This document shows, piece after piece, positions 17,822-26,555 of a stretch of 32,000 bases of DNA. The notes beneath the pieces were generated by a model. It was not told the DNA's origin and made no database searches. It worked only from the letters and a program-made list of their open reading frames with translations. Origin of the DNA: Tannockella kyphosi (GTDB lineage: Bacteria > Bacillota_I > Bacilli_A > Erysipelotrichales > Coprobacillaceae); assembly GCF_021054785.1 (NCBI RefSeq), contig NZ_CP088239.1:1380001-1412000 (forward strand), read 5' to 3'. Numbering within the stretch: the stretch's first letter is position 1; each line of letters starts with the position of its first letter. The position numbers and the translations under genes were made by a program.

Positions 17822-18628
17822 TTAGATAAATAATAATAAACTTATTGCCATAATCGCCATACCACTTATTAATCCCCACATTGCAATATGATGTTCTCCA
17901 TACTCTCTAGCTGCCGGTAATAACTCATCTAAACTAATATAAACCATAATCCCAGCAACCGCTGCAAAAATAAATCCAAATGCTTCATCACCAATAAATT
18001 GAATAAATAGAAAATATCCTAAAATAGCACCTACTGGTTCTGATAAACCTGATAAAAAAGAATAAATAAAAGCCTTTGAACGACTACCGGTCGCATAGAA
18101 AATTGGTACTGCCACTGCAATCCCTTCTGGAATATTATGAATAGCAATTGCAAATGTAATTGCTATTCCCATTGTTGGATCTTGATAAGCAGCAATAAAA
18201 GTAGCTAATCCTTCAGGAAAATTATGGATTCCAATTGCTAATGCAGTAAAAACACCCATTCTCATAAGACGTTGTTTATGATCTTCACTATTTCCATCCA
18301 TTTCTTCTACTGTATGAATTTCATGAGGATTCCCCATTTCTGGTATCAGTTTATCAATTATTGCAATAATGAATATCCCTCCAAAAAATCCTAAAACCGT
18401 AAAAGTATTCCCTAACTTCTCACCATAAACCAATACTAAAGAATCTACTGATTTACTAATTATTTCCACAAATGATACATATAACATAACTCCAGCTGAT
18501 AAACCTAAGCTAAAAGATAAGACTTTCTTATTTGTCTGTTTTGTAAATAAAATCATTGCACTTCCTAAACCTGTTGCAATTCCTGCGATCATTGTTAAGG
18601 ATAATGCAAACAATACGTTTCCTTCCAT
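17822..18628 (-). CDS. zupT: ZIP-family metal (Zn/Fe) transporter ZupT
   Basis: 268-aa polytopic protein with HNFPEG and HNIPEG motifs typical of ZupT. Confidence 0.9.
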   Translation of the reverse strand: MEGNVLFALSLTMIAGIATGLGSAMILFTKQTNKKVLSFSLGLSAGVMLYVSFVEIISKSVDSLVLVYGEKLGNTFTVLGFFGGIFIIAIIDKLIPEMGNPHEIHTVEEMDGNSEDHKQRLMRMGVFTALAIGIHNFPEGLATFIAAYQDPTMGIAITFAIAIHNIPEGIAVAVPIFYATGSRSKAFIYSFLSGLSEPVGAILGYFLFIQFIGDEAFGFIFAAVAGIMVYISLDELLPAAREYGEHHIAMWGLISGMAIMAISLLLFI

Positions 18629-18645
18629 ATTATCCCTCTTCTCTA

Positions 18646-18697
18646 GTTAGCATGTGCTAACTAATGTTAGTTTATCACTCCCTTTGTCTTTTTACAA
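18646..18697 (-). promoter_or_regulatory. Promoter (TTGTAA-17-TAAACT) with palindromic operator GTTAGCATGTGCTAAC plus an extra GTTAG half-site (site C)
   Basis: -35 at 18692-18697 and -10 at 18669-18674. Palindrome at 18646-18661. A third half-site at 18666-18670 overlaps the -10. Confidence 0.6.
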
Positions 18698-18798
18698 GTA
18701 AAATACATTATTTTTTATATTTCTAAATCAAAATAAACTATGGGAAAGATATTTTTTCTTATTTATTATCTCTTATTCGTGTACAAGCTATAAACAAA

Positions 18799-18828
18799 AT
18801 AAAAAAACCTTTATAAAATAAAGGTTTT
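18799..18828 (-). terminator. Intrinsic terminator after tRNA-Leu(CAA)
   Basis: AACCTTTAT-TTT-ATAAAGGTT followed by T7 on the minus strand. Confidence 0.75.
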
Positions 18829-18837
18829 CTAGTCAAA

Positions 18838-18922
18838 TGGTGCCCAAGGTCGGAGTCGAACCGACATGACATAAGTCGCAGCATTTTGAGTGCTGTGCGT
18901 ATACCAATTTCGCCACTTGGGC
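18838..18922 (-). tRNA. tRNA-Leu (anticodon CAA), CCA encoded
   Basis: Reverse complement reads GCCCAAGTGGCGAAATTGGTATACGCACAGCACTCAAAATGCTGCGACTTATGTCATGTCGGTTCGACTCCGACCTTGGGCACCA. Anticodon stem CAGCA/TGCTG with loop CTCAAAA, and a long variable arm. Confidence 0.9.
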
Positions 18923-18940
18923 TTATTTACTGCATGTATT

Positions 18941-18969
18941 ATTCTACTACTTCATAAGTGAAATTGCAA
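18941..18969 (-). promoter_or_regulatory. Sigma-A-type promoter of tRNA-Leu(CAA)
   Basis: TTGCAA-17 nt-TAGAAT, about 12 nt upstream of the mature 5' end. Confidence 0.6.
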
Positions 18970-19036
18970 GAAAATAATTGAGATGTTTCTTTCTATTTGA
19001 TAAAATAGAATTATATATAAGGAAGGAGTGTTGTTT

Positions 19037-20365
19037 ATGGAAAATGCTTTTCAAATAAGAATGCATTCATTGTTACAAGAGGAATATCCTGCTTTTATAG
19101 AAGCTTTACAAAAAGATTCTGTGAAAGGATTTTATACAAATCCTTTAAAGAGTGATTGTATTGCTTATTTAGATTCTAAATATATTCATCATCATCCTTA
19201 TATTCATCATGGTTATACGTTTGATTATCAAGATTATCCTTTAGGAAAACATCCTTATTTTGCTTGTGGAACATATTATATTCAAGAACCTAGTGCAATG
19301 GTTGTTGGTGATTTATTGGATGTTAAAGAAGATGATTATATTCTTGATATGTGTGGGGCTCCTGGAGGGAAAACATGTCAGGTGGCTAGTAAATTGTCTT
19401 TGGAAGGATTAATGATTACAAATGATATTACTAGTAATCGTGCTACTATTCTTTCTAGTAATGTAGAACGTTTTGGTTTAGAGAATACGATTGTAACAAA
19501 TTGTGATCCTGTTCATTTTAGTTCTATTTTTCCTGGTTATTTTGATAAAATTATTTTAGATGCACCTTGTTCTGGAGAGGGTATGTTTCGTAAACTAGAT
19601 CAAGCAATTACTACTTGGTCTGTTCAAAAGGTAATAGATTGTGCTATTATTCAAAGAAATTTAATCGATCATGCCTATTCTATGTTAAAAGAAGATGGCA
19701 TCTTAATCTATTCTACTTGTACCTATTCTCTAGAAGAAAATGAGCAACAAGTACAATACTGTATCGATGAATTAGGGATGGAACCTATTCGTATCCCTCT
19801 ACAAAATGGAATGCAACCTGGCATAAATCAACCTACTAGCATCCGTTTGTATCCTCATTGTAATCATGGTGAAGGTCATTTTGTTGCAATGTTACAAAAA
19901 AAACAATCAACAAAAGATTGCAAAGTAAAAAGAATGCAAACAAATTGTAACAAGGAACAAATTCAGTTAGTTACAAAATTTTATCATGATTATTTAAACA
20001 TTCCTGTTCCATCTCACTTATATAATTCAAACAATCATATTTATGCTTTTCAAAATCACTTTCCTGATTTAAAAGGTGTTCGAGTATTACGTAATGGCTT
20101 ATATTTAGGAGAATGTAAAAAAGGAAGATTTGAACCAAGTTTATCTTTAGCTCATACTTTACATAAAAAAGAAGTGAAACAGTATTATCAATTTAGTGCT
20201 AATTCTAAAGAAGTTCAAGATTATTTATTAGGTCTTACATTAGAAGGTAGTAATAACAAAGGATATGGAATAATATTTGTAGATGATTTTGCTCTATCTT
20301 TTTATAAAGAAAGCAATAATCAAATTAAAAACTTATACCCTAAAGGGTTACGAATAAAAAAATAG
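19037..20365 (+). CDS. NOL1/NOP2/Sun-family rRNA m5C methyltransferase (RsmF/RsmB-like)
   Basis: DMCGAPGGKT SAM motif, DAPCSGEGMFRK and YSTCT catalytic Cys motifs. ATG 19037 follows a GGAAGGAG RBS. Candidate promoter TTGAGA-17-TAAAAT at 18978-19006. Confidence 0.85.
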   Translation: MENAFQIRMHSLLQEEYPAFIEALQKDSVKGFYTNPLKSDCIAYLDSKYIHHHPYIHHGYTFDYQDYPLGKHPYFACGTYYIQEPSAMVVGDLLDVKEDDYILDMCGAPGGKTCQVASKLSLEGLMITNDITSNRATILSSNVERFGLENTIVTNCDPVHFSSIFPGYFDKIILDAPCSGEGMFRKLDQAITTWSVQKVIDCAIIQRNLIDHAYSMLKEDGILIYSTCTYSLEENEQQVQYCIDELGMEPIRIPLQNGMQPGINQPTSIRLYPHCNHGEGHFVAMLQKKQSTKDCKVKRMQTNCNKEQIQLVTKFYHDYLNIPVPSHLYNSNNHIYAFQNHFPDLKGVRVLRNGLYLGECKKGRFEPSLSLAHTLHKKEVKQYYQFSANSKEVQDYLLGLTLEGSNNKGYGIIFVDDFALSFYKESNNQIKNLYPKGLRIKK

Positions 20366-20388
20366 AGTTCTTAGGAACTCTATTTTTC
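20362..20388. terminator. Bidirectional terminator shared by convergent rsmF-like and plsC genes
   Basis: ATAGAGTTC-TTAG-GAACTCTAT flanked by A-run and T-run. Both stop codons lie inside the hairpin. Confidence 0.65.
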
Positions 20389-21093
20389 ATGTGTTTGAAT
20401 GCATTCTTTAATTCTTTGTTGGACCATTACTGCTATTTCATTTGTATTCATATCTTTGTATTCATCATAATAAATAGCCGGCAAGTAATGTATTTGCACA
20501 GTTACTGGTTGAATAGAGGGTACATCAAATACTTTATAACTATCAATAATAGCTACTGGTACAATTGGTGCCCTACTAGATGTCGCTATTTTAAAGGTTC
20601 CACCTTTAAAATCTAACATTTCATTTTTATTTTTACAACGTGTTCCTTCTGGAAAAACAAAGAAGTTTTGTCCTTCTTTAATCGCATTAGCTGCTTGTTT
20701 AATAATACGCACAGACCCACGTACATCATCACGATCCATCGGAATGCAATCTAGAATAGTAATAATATCTTTCATTAAGAAAACTTTTGTTAGTTCTATT
20801 TTTACAATTGCTCTTGCAGGTGTTGGATGTGTTTGTACTATTGCTACAGGATCTTCTAAACCTTGATGATTTGGTGTCATTAAGTAACCTGATTGTTCAG
20901 GTAAGTTCTCTAAACCATAGGTTTGAACTTTTACTCTTGCTTTTTTATTAATAATGCTTACTTTTTCTTTCATAAACATATATCTTTGTTCATGACTATA
21001 TTTTTGTGTATCTTTGTATCTAGGTACTAAAACACCTAACCAATAAGGTACTAAATATAAGATTCTTATAACAATTAAGATAATTCTTTTCAT
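20380..21093 (-). CDS. plsC: 1-acyl-sn-glycerol-3-phosphate acyltransferase (PlsC/YpkP-like)
   Basis: NHQGLEDP (NHxxxxD) and FPEGTR acyltransferase motifs, with an N-terminal membrane anchor. Confidence 0.85.
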   Translation of the reverse strand: MKRIILIVIRILYLVPYWLGVLVPRYKDTQKYSHEQRYMFMKEKVSIINKKARVKVQTYGLENLPEQSGYLMTPNHQGLEDPVAIVQTHPTPARAIVKIELTKVFLMKDIITILDCIPMDRDDVRGSVRIIKQAANAIKEGQNFFVFPEGTRCKNKNEMLDFKGGTFKIATSSRAPIVPVAIIDSYKVFDVPSIQPVTVQIHYLPAIYYDEYKDMNTNEIAVMVQQRIKECIQTHEK

Positions 21094-21204
21094 CTTTATA
21101 CCTGGTATATTATAAATGACTCATTTAACAGTCGTTATAGATATACCATTTTCCTTTCTATCAACCTTATTTATACGTGGTTGATTACGTTTAGGTAAGA
21201 GTAT

Positions 21205-21225
21205 AAAATATGAATATGTGTTTGT
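21205..21225 (+). repeat. Left sub-terminal inverted repeat AAAATATGAATATGTGTTTGT
   Basis: Matches the reverse complement of 22643-22663 at 20 of 21 positions. Confidence 0.8.
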
Positions 21226-21396
21226 GGATTTAAAATTTCACCTGTGGCTTTGACTACTTTAGAGAGGGTTCTACCACACCTTATTCCAAAATAACAATTA
21301 GTTAGATGAGTCTCGAATTCGTATATTGAACCAGGTTTTATGGTTTAAGTGTCGTGGTTACACAATCGCATAAAAAAGAAAGAAGGTACAACTACT
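21226..21396 (+). ncRNA. Candidate bridge (guide) RNA region in the 5' non-coding arm of the IS110 element
   Basis: About 170-290 nt of non-coding sequence lies upstream of the recombinase, as in IS110-group elements where a bridge RNA has been described. Local stem-loops are visible (e.g. AACCA-GGTTTTA-TGGTT). No covariance test was possible. Confidence 0.3.
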
Positions 21397-22581
21397 ATGA
21401 AAATCATTGGCATCGACATTGGCAAACTAAGTCATGTTTTTTCTGTTATGAACAAAGAAGATGGAGAAATCTTAGTTAACGCATCAAAGATTTCAAACAA
21501 CAAAGAAGGGTTTGATTATCTTATAAAGACATTAAATAAATATCCAAAAGATCAAATCCTTATTGGTATGGAAGATACCGGTCATTATCACTTTGCATTG
21601 CTCAAGTATTTACTCGTTAAGAAGTACACTGTTGCACTAATTAATCCAACAACTACTGATTTATCACGCAGACTCCATGGTGGTATTACAAAAACAGATG
21701 CACTTGATACGATAACAATTTGTGATATCTTATCTTCATCAAATCGTAATAAAGCCTATCGTATTTCAAAAGAAAACTCATTTGAGTTTTATGAACAAAA
21801 GCAATTAACAAGGCATCATCATAATTTAAAAGAAGAATTAAACGTCTACACAAATCGTCTTCAAAAGTGTATTGATATTGTTTTCCCTGAATATAACAGC
21901 CTTTTTAAGTCAAAATACGGAAATGTATATATGCGTTTATTAAAAACATTTCAAAGCGCTAGTAAAATATCAAAAGCTGATATACGCCTAATTCGTAAAT
22001 GCTTTGATATTAAGGGAAGAGGATTAAGGATTTCATTAACTCCTGAAGAAGTGAAAGAAGTAGCCAAACATTCCATTGGTATGTCATCGATTGCAGAAGA
22101 AATTCAAATCAAACATTTAATTGATCAAATTGAATTACTTAAGGCACAACTTGATGAAATAGACAAAAAAATAGAAGAGTTTTCCATTGAAAACAACTCT
22201 CCTATACTATCCATACCAGGAATTTCTCACTTCTCTGGTACGTCTATTTTAACAGAATTAGGAAATATAAACAACTACTCTAAATCTTCTAAAATAATTA
22301 AATTTGCAGGAGTTGCTCCATATCATTATGAATCAAGCCAGTACACAGCCAAACACAGCGCAATAACAAAGAAAGGTTCTAAGTACTTAAGAAAAACCTT
22401 ATATCAAATTATCTTGCCTGTAATCAATCATAACCCCGTGTTTAAAGCCTACTATCAAGAAAAGCTAGCACAAGGGAAAGGACATCGTTGTGCCCAAGGT
22501 CACTGCATCCGAAAATTACTTCGAGTTATATATCATTTATTAAAAACAAATCAAACATTTGATCCATCATTATTACGATAA
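21397..22581 (+). CDS. IS110-family transposase/recombinase (DEDD N-domain plus Transposase_20-type C-domain)
   Basis: MKIIGIDIGKLSHVFSV..., GMEDTGHYH and TDALDT motifs, and a C-terminal GxxxxTA...GDI-like region. The start is placed at ATG 21397 rather than the ORF-track GTG at 21349. Confidence 0.9.
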   Translation: MKIIGIDIGKLSHVFSVMNKEDGEILVNASKISNNKEGFDYLIKTLNKYPKDQILIGMEDTGHYHFALLKYLLVKKYTVALINPTTTDLSRRLHGGITKTDALDTITICDILSSSNRNKAYRISKENSFEFYEQKQLTRHHHNLKEELNVYTNRLQKCIDIVFPEYNSLFKSKYGNVYMRLLKTFQSASKISKADIRLIRKCFDIKGRGLRISLTPEEVKEVAKHSIGMSSIAEEIQIKHLIDQIELLKAQLDEIDKKIEEFSIENNSPILSIPGISHFSGTSILTELGNINNYSKSSKIIKFAGVAPYHYESSQYTAKHSAITKKGSKYLRKTLYQIILPVINHNPVFKAYYQEKLAQGKGHRCAQGHCIRKLLRVIYHLLKTNQTFDPSLLR

Positions 22582-22642
22582 GTATATGTGAAATGTTTCA
22601 CACAACTTTCTTTATAAGAAGGTGTTTTCATTGTGCCAAAAA

Positions 22643-22663
22643 ACAAGCACATATTCATATTTT
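22643..22663 (-). repeat. Right sub-terminal inverted repeat
   Basis: ACAAGCACATATTCATATTTT is the reverse complement of the left repeat with one mismatch. Confidence 0.8.
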
Positions 22664-22741
22664 CAAAGATCTCTTTACTCTTTAACTAACATTTATCAAA
22701 TAACTATAATTTTCAAACTTTTTCATAAAGCTACTTGACTT

Positions 22742-23221
22742 TTATATAGTTAGCTCTCTAGTATATTCCTGTAACATAAATGTTTCAAATGGTGTTTCTT
22801 TTGAAAGTTGATAATCAAATGCTTCAAAACTAGGAAAATAAGTTTCTCCTGTATGAGTTCCCGGTACTCTTGATATTAATAACTTACTAGCATAAGGTAA
22901 TGCTTGTTTATAAATAGAAGCTCCTCCAGAAATAAATAATTCTTCTTCACTATTTTTATATTCTTCTAATAATCCAATTAAATCTCGACATACACTTACT
23001 CTTTCATCAACAAATTCATCAAAACTAACAACAATCGTTTTACGATTTGGTAGTGGTCTACCAATTGCTTGATAAGTAGTTAATCCCATTACAATCGTTT
23101 TATTAATTGTTGTTTCTTTAAAATGTTTTAAATCTTCTGGTAAAGACCAAGGCATTCCATTACTAGAATCCTCTTTTCCTATCAACAGATTATCATCTGT
23201 TGCTACTATTATTGTAATCAT
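22742..23221 (-). CDS. folA: Dihydrofolate reductase
   Basis: [16 protein letters not shown]...MPWSLPEDLKHFKETT is the DHFR signature. The start shares 1 nt with the thyA stop. Confidence 0.9.
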   Translation of the reverse strand: MITIIVATDDNLLIGKEDSSNGMPWSLPEDLKHFKETTINKTIVMGLTTYQAIGRPLPNRKTIVVSFDEFVDERVSVCRDLIGLLEEYKNSEEELFISGGASIYKQALPYASKLLISRVPGTHTGETYFPSFEAFDYQLSKETPFETFMLQEYTRELTI

Positions 23222-24099
23222 TAAACACTTACCTTTCCGACTAATTTACCATGACATTGATAGTCTTCTATTTTAATATCTTCTATTTTAAAATCAAAAA
23301 TAGATTTCACTTCTTTATTTAATACTAATTTACATGTTGGTAATACTTCTCTAGAAATTTGTTCTTTCACTACATCAAAATGATCTAAATAAATATGTGC
23401 ATCCCCTATTGTATGTACAAATTCTTTGGCTTGATAACCACAAACTTGTGCTAACATTTCCGTCATCAAAGCATAAGAAGCAATATTAAAAGGTACCCCT
23501 AAAAAGATATCTGCACTTCTTTGATATAGTTGACATGATAAGTATTTTTTATCAGCACTTACATAAAATTGTAAGAAAGCATGACATGGTGGTAAAGCCA
23601 TTTTATCAATTTGGGCAGGATTCCAAGCACAAACAATATGTCTTCTTGAAAAAGGATTGTTTATTAAACTATCTACAAGTTGTTGAATTTGATCAACTCC
23701 TTCTTCATTAAAATCACGCCACTGTTTTCCATATACAGGACCCAATTCTCCATATTTTCCTGCAAAAATATCATCTGTTTTTATCTTTTCAATAAATTCA
23801 TCCATTGTTTCTCCTTGAAACTCTGGAGTTTTTGTATATGCAACATATGGCCATTCATTCCAAATACGAACATTACGATCCACTAAATATTTAATATTTG
23901 TATCGCCTTTTAAAAACCATAGCAATTCTTCTGCAATAGGTCTTAAAAACATTTTCTTTGTTGTTAGAAGGGGAAACCCTTCTAACAAATTATATCTTGT
24001 TTGGTATCCAAAAACACCTCTTGTACCAGTACCTGTACGATCATCTCGATCATCACCATTTTCTAAAACATACTGACACATTTCTAAATACTGTTTCAT
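23221..24099 (-). CDS. thyA: Thymidylate synthase (ThyA type)
   Basis: DRTGTGT, the catalytic-Cys context ALPPCH, and [20 protein letters not shown]. Confidence 0.95.
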   Translation of the reverse strand: MKQYLEMCQYVLENGDDRDDRTGTGTRGVFGYQTRYNLLEGFPLLTTKKMFLRPIAEELLWFLKGDTNIKYLVDRNVRIWNEWPYVAYTKTPEFQGETMDEFIEKIKTDDIFAGKYGELGPVYGKQWRDFNEEGVDQIQQLVDSLINNPFSRRHIVCAWNPAQIDKMALPPCHAFLQFYVSADKKYLSCQLYQRSADIFLGVPFNIASYALMTEMLAQVCGYQAKEFVHTIGDAHIYLDHFDVVKEQISREVLPTCKLVLNKEVKSIFDFKIEDIKIEDYQCHGKLVGKVSV

Positions 24100-24109
24100 A
24101 AGCTCTCCT

Positions 24110-24808
24110 TTATTTTATGGTTTGTTTCTCATTTTCTTTTTTACAACGCCCACGATAATCTTCCATCATCTTTTTGAATATTTCTCCATTAGATGGTGGT
24201 GTATACGTAATAGCATTGGCACCAGCTTGGATTGCTTCTTTAATCGTTTCATCACTAGGTCCACCAGTTGCAATAATAGGGAAATCAGGATCTATTTTAC
24301 GTAATTCCTTGATAATTTTCACTGTATCTTTGCCACCTGAAACATTAACAATACTTGCTCCAGAATGAAGCATTCTTTCTTCTAAGTCTTCATCTAAAGA
24401 AATAATTGATAATACAATAGGAATATCAATATGTTGTGCTAATGATTTAATGAATTCTGTTTTAGTAGGAGCATTTAAAACGACTGCTATTGCCCCGTGT
24501 AATTCTGCATCTAATGCAATTTCACGAACTCTTGAACCAGCTGTAGTACCACCACCTACTCCAACAAATACTGGACGTTGTGAGACATCGATAATTGCAT
24601 TTGTTATTTGAAGAGTTGGGGTAAAAGGATATACTGCAATAATTGCATCTCCATCACTATTAGCAATGACAGCAACATCGGTTGAAAATAACAAAGATTT
24701 CACTCTTGTTCCATTAATGATAATTCCACTTGCATCACGAATACACTTAGGAACACTTACATTATGTCCACGAAGTTTGGAATTAATTACTGGGACTTCT
24801 TTTTTCAT
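24110..24808 (-). CDS. Uncharacterised TIM-barrel-like, phosphate-binding-type protein
   Basis: 232 aa. The alternating beta/alpha pattern with VGVGGG..., IVNVSGG and [23 protein letters not shown] resembles ribulose-phosphate-binding barrels. No specific family recognised. Confidence 0.6.
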   Translation of the reverse strand: MKKEVPVINSKLRGHNVSVPKCIRDASGIIINGTRVKSLLFSTDVAVIANSDGDAIIAVYPFTPTLQITNAIIDVSQRPVFVGVGGGTTAGSRVREIALDAELHGAIAVVLNAPTKTEFIKSLAQHIDIPIVLSIISLDEDLEERMLHSGASIVNVSGGKDTVKIIKELRKIDPDFPIIATGGPSDETIKEAIQAGANAITYTPPSNGEIFKKMMEDYRGRCKKENEKQTIK

Positions 24809-24824
24809 AAATACCTCCTAGAAA

Positions 24825-26555
24825 TTATATTTTGTTTTCTACTTGTTCTTGAAGCATTGTTACAAATTCATCAAAAGCTACTGTTGTTTGTTTTTGAGAA
24901 CCATGCATACGATAAGTTACTGTTCCTTGATCTCTTTCACTATCACCTAATACTAAAGAATAAGGGATTTTTGATAATTGGGCTTCACGTAAACGATAAC
25001 CTAATTTTTCTTCACGATTATCTAATTCTACTCTAAATCCTTTTGCTGTTAATTTTTCAAGTACTTCATTAGCGTAAGCATCATGATATTCGTTTTTAAC
25101 AGGTAATACAGCACATTGTACTGGAGCTAACCACATTGGGAATAAACCTGCAAAATGTTCAATTAAAATTCCAATAAATCTTTCAATAGAACCAAAGATT
25201 ACACGATGAACCATTACTGGTCTTACTTTTTTACCTTCACTATCTACATAAGTAATATCAAATCTTTCTGGTAAATTCATATCTAATTGAATTGTACCAC
25301 ATTGCCATACTCTTCCAATAGAATCTTTTACATGAAAATCTAATTTAGGCCCATAAAAAGCACCATCTCCAGGATTTAATTTATATTCTTTTCCTGCTGC
25401 AACACAAGCTTTAGCTAGCGCATCTTCACTTTTTTCCCAGATTTCTAAATCACCAATATATTTTTCTTCTGGTCTAGTACTTAATTCAATATTATATTCT
25501 AATTTTAATGAACTATATACTCGATCAATAAATCCTATTAAACGTACTACTTCACTTTCAATTTGTTCAGGTGTCATAAAGATATGAGCATCATCTTGAG
25601 TAAATGTACGAACTCTAAATAAACCATTTAAAGCACCACTAGCTTCATGACGATGTACTTGTCCTAATTCACCCATACGTAGTGGTAAATCTTTATAAGA
25701 ATATAAACCATTTTTATATACTAATAAACTTCCTGGACAGTTCATTGGTTTAATCGCAAAATCACGATCATCTACCATACTTGTGTACATATTTTCTTGG
25801 TAGTTAGCCCAATGACCACTTACTTCCCATAATTCTTTAGACATCATAATTGGTGTTTTAATAAATTGATATCCTTCTTTAGTATGTTCTTCATACCAAT
25901 AGTTTTCTAATATATTTCTTAAAATCATTCCTTTTGGTAAAAAGAATGGCATCCCTGATGCATATTCAGACATCATAAATAAATCTAATTCTTTTCCTAA
26001 TTTTTTATGATCTCTTTTTTTAGCTTCTTCCATTAAATCTAAATGTTCTTGTAGTGCTTCAGGTGATTCAAAACATACACCATAAATACGTTGTAATACT
26101 TTATTATCTTTATCACCTTTCCAATAAGCACCTGAATGTTTTAATAATTTAAAGTTACGACATGCTTTTACTGTATCAACATGTGGTCCTCTACATAAAT
26201 CAGTAAAGTCACCTTGACTATAACATGTAATTGTTCCATCTTCTAATGATGAAATTAAATCTAATTTATATTCATCATCTTTAAACATTTCTAATGCTTC
26301 TTCTTTTGTGATTTCTTGTTTTGAAATACGTTTTCCATCTTTACATATTTTTTTCATTTCTTTTTCGATTCTTGGGATATCTTCATCTTTGATCGCTTCT
26401 TCCCCTAAATCCACATCGTAATAAAACCCTTCACTTACAACTGGCCCTACCCAAAACTTAGCCTGTGGGTATAAATGTTTAATAGCTTGTGCCATGACAT
26501 GAGCACAAGAGTGATTCAATGTATTTAATTCTAATTCTGCTTTAAAGTCTCTCAT
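24825..26555 (-). CDS. thrS: Threonyl-tRNA synthetase, short form lacking the N-terminal TGS domain
   Basis: 576 aa. It starts directly in the editing (second additional) domain, with HSCAHVMAQA at residues 15-24. Class II core and anticodon-binding domain are present. Confidence 0.95.
   Translation of the reverse strand: MRDFKAELELNTLNHSCAHVMAQAIKHLYPQAKFWVGPVVSEGFYYDVDLGEEAIKDEDIPRIEKEMKKICKDGKRISKQEITKEEALEMFKDDEYKLDLISSLEDGTITCYSQGDFTDLCRGPHVDTVKACRNFKLLKHSGAYWKGDKDNKVLQRIYGVCFESPEALQEHLDLMEEAKKRDHKKLGKELDLFMMSEYASGMPFFLPKGMILRNILENYWYEEHTKEGYQFIKTPIMMSKELWEVSGHWANYQENMYTSMVDDRDFAIKPMNCPGSLLVYKNGLYSYKDLPLRMGELGQVHRHEASGALNGLFRVRTFTQDDAHIFMTPEQIESEVVRLIGFIDRVYSSLKLEYNIELSTRPEEKYIGDLEIWEKSEDALAKACVAAGKEYKLNPGDGAFYGPKLDFHVKDSIGRVWQCGTIQLDMNLPERFDITYVDSEGKKVRPVMVHRVIFGSIERFIGILIEHFAGLFPMWLAPVQCAVLPVKNEYHDAYANEVLEKLTAKGFRVELDNREEKLGYRLREAQLSKIPYSLVLGDSERDQGTVTYRMHGSQKQTTVAFDEFVTMLQEQVENKI

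Larger units (their letters stand above)
21205..22663 (+). mobile_element. IS110-family insertion sequence (minimum extent, defined by sub-terminal inverted repeats). True ends may lie anywhere out to about 21100 and about 22741
   Basis: Contains a DEDD-type transposase gene. It fills the whole 1.65-kb gap between folA and plsC. 21-bp inverted repeats (20/21) lie at 21205-21225 and 22643-22663. Confidence 0.75.

Noticed and set aside
18646-18661. Resemblance of TTAGCA..TGCTAA to the HrcA CIRCE element (TTAGCACTC-N9-GAGTGCTAA) and to the DtxR/IdeR box (TTAGGTTAGSCTAACCTAA)
   Set aside because: The spacing is wrong: 6 nt between GTTAG and CTAAC, against 9-nt (CIRCE) or 1-nt (DtxR) spacers. The downstream genes are not chaperones. 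It is kept only as an unassigned operator.
18740-18793. 17-aa hydrophobic plus-strand ORF (MGKIFFLIYYLLFVYKL) between zupT and tRNA-Leu(CAA)
   Set aside because: It has no RBS or promoter and overlaps the conserved tRNA 3'-flank motif, so it is most likely chance.
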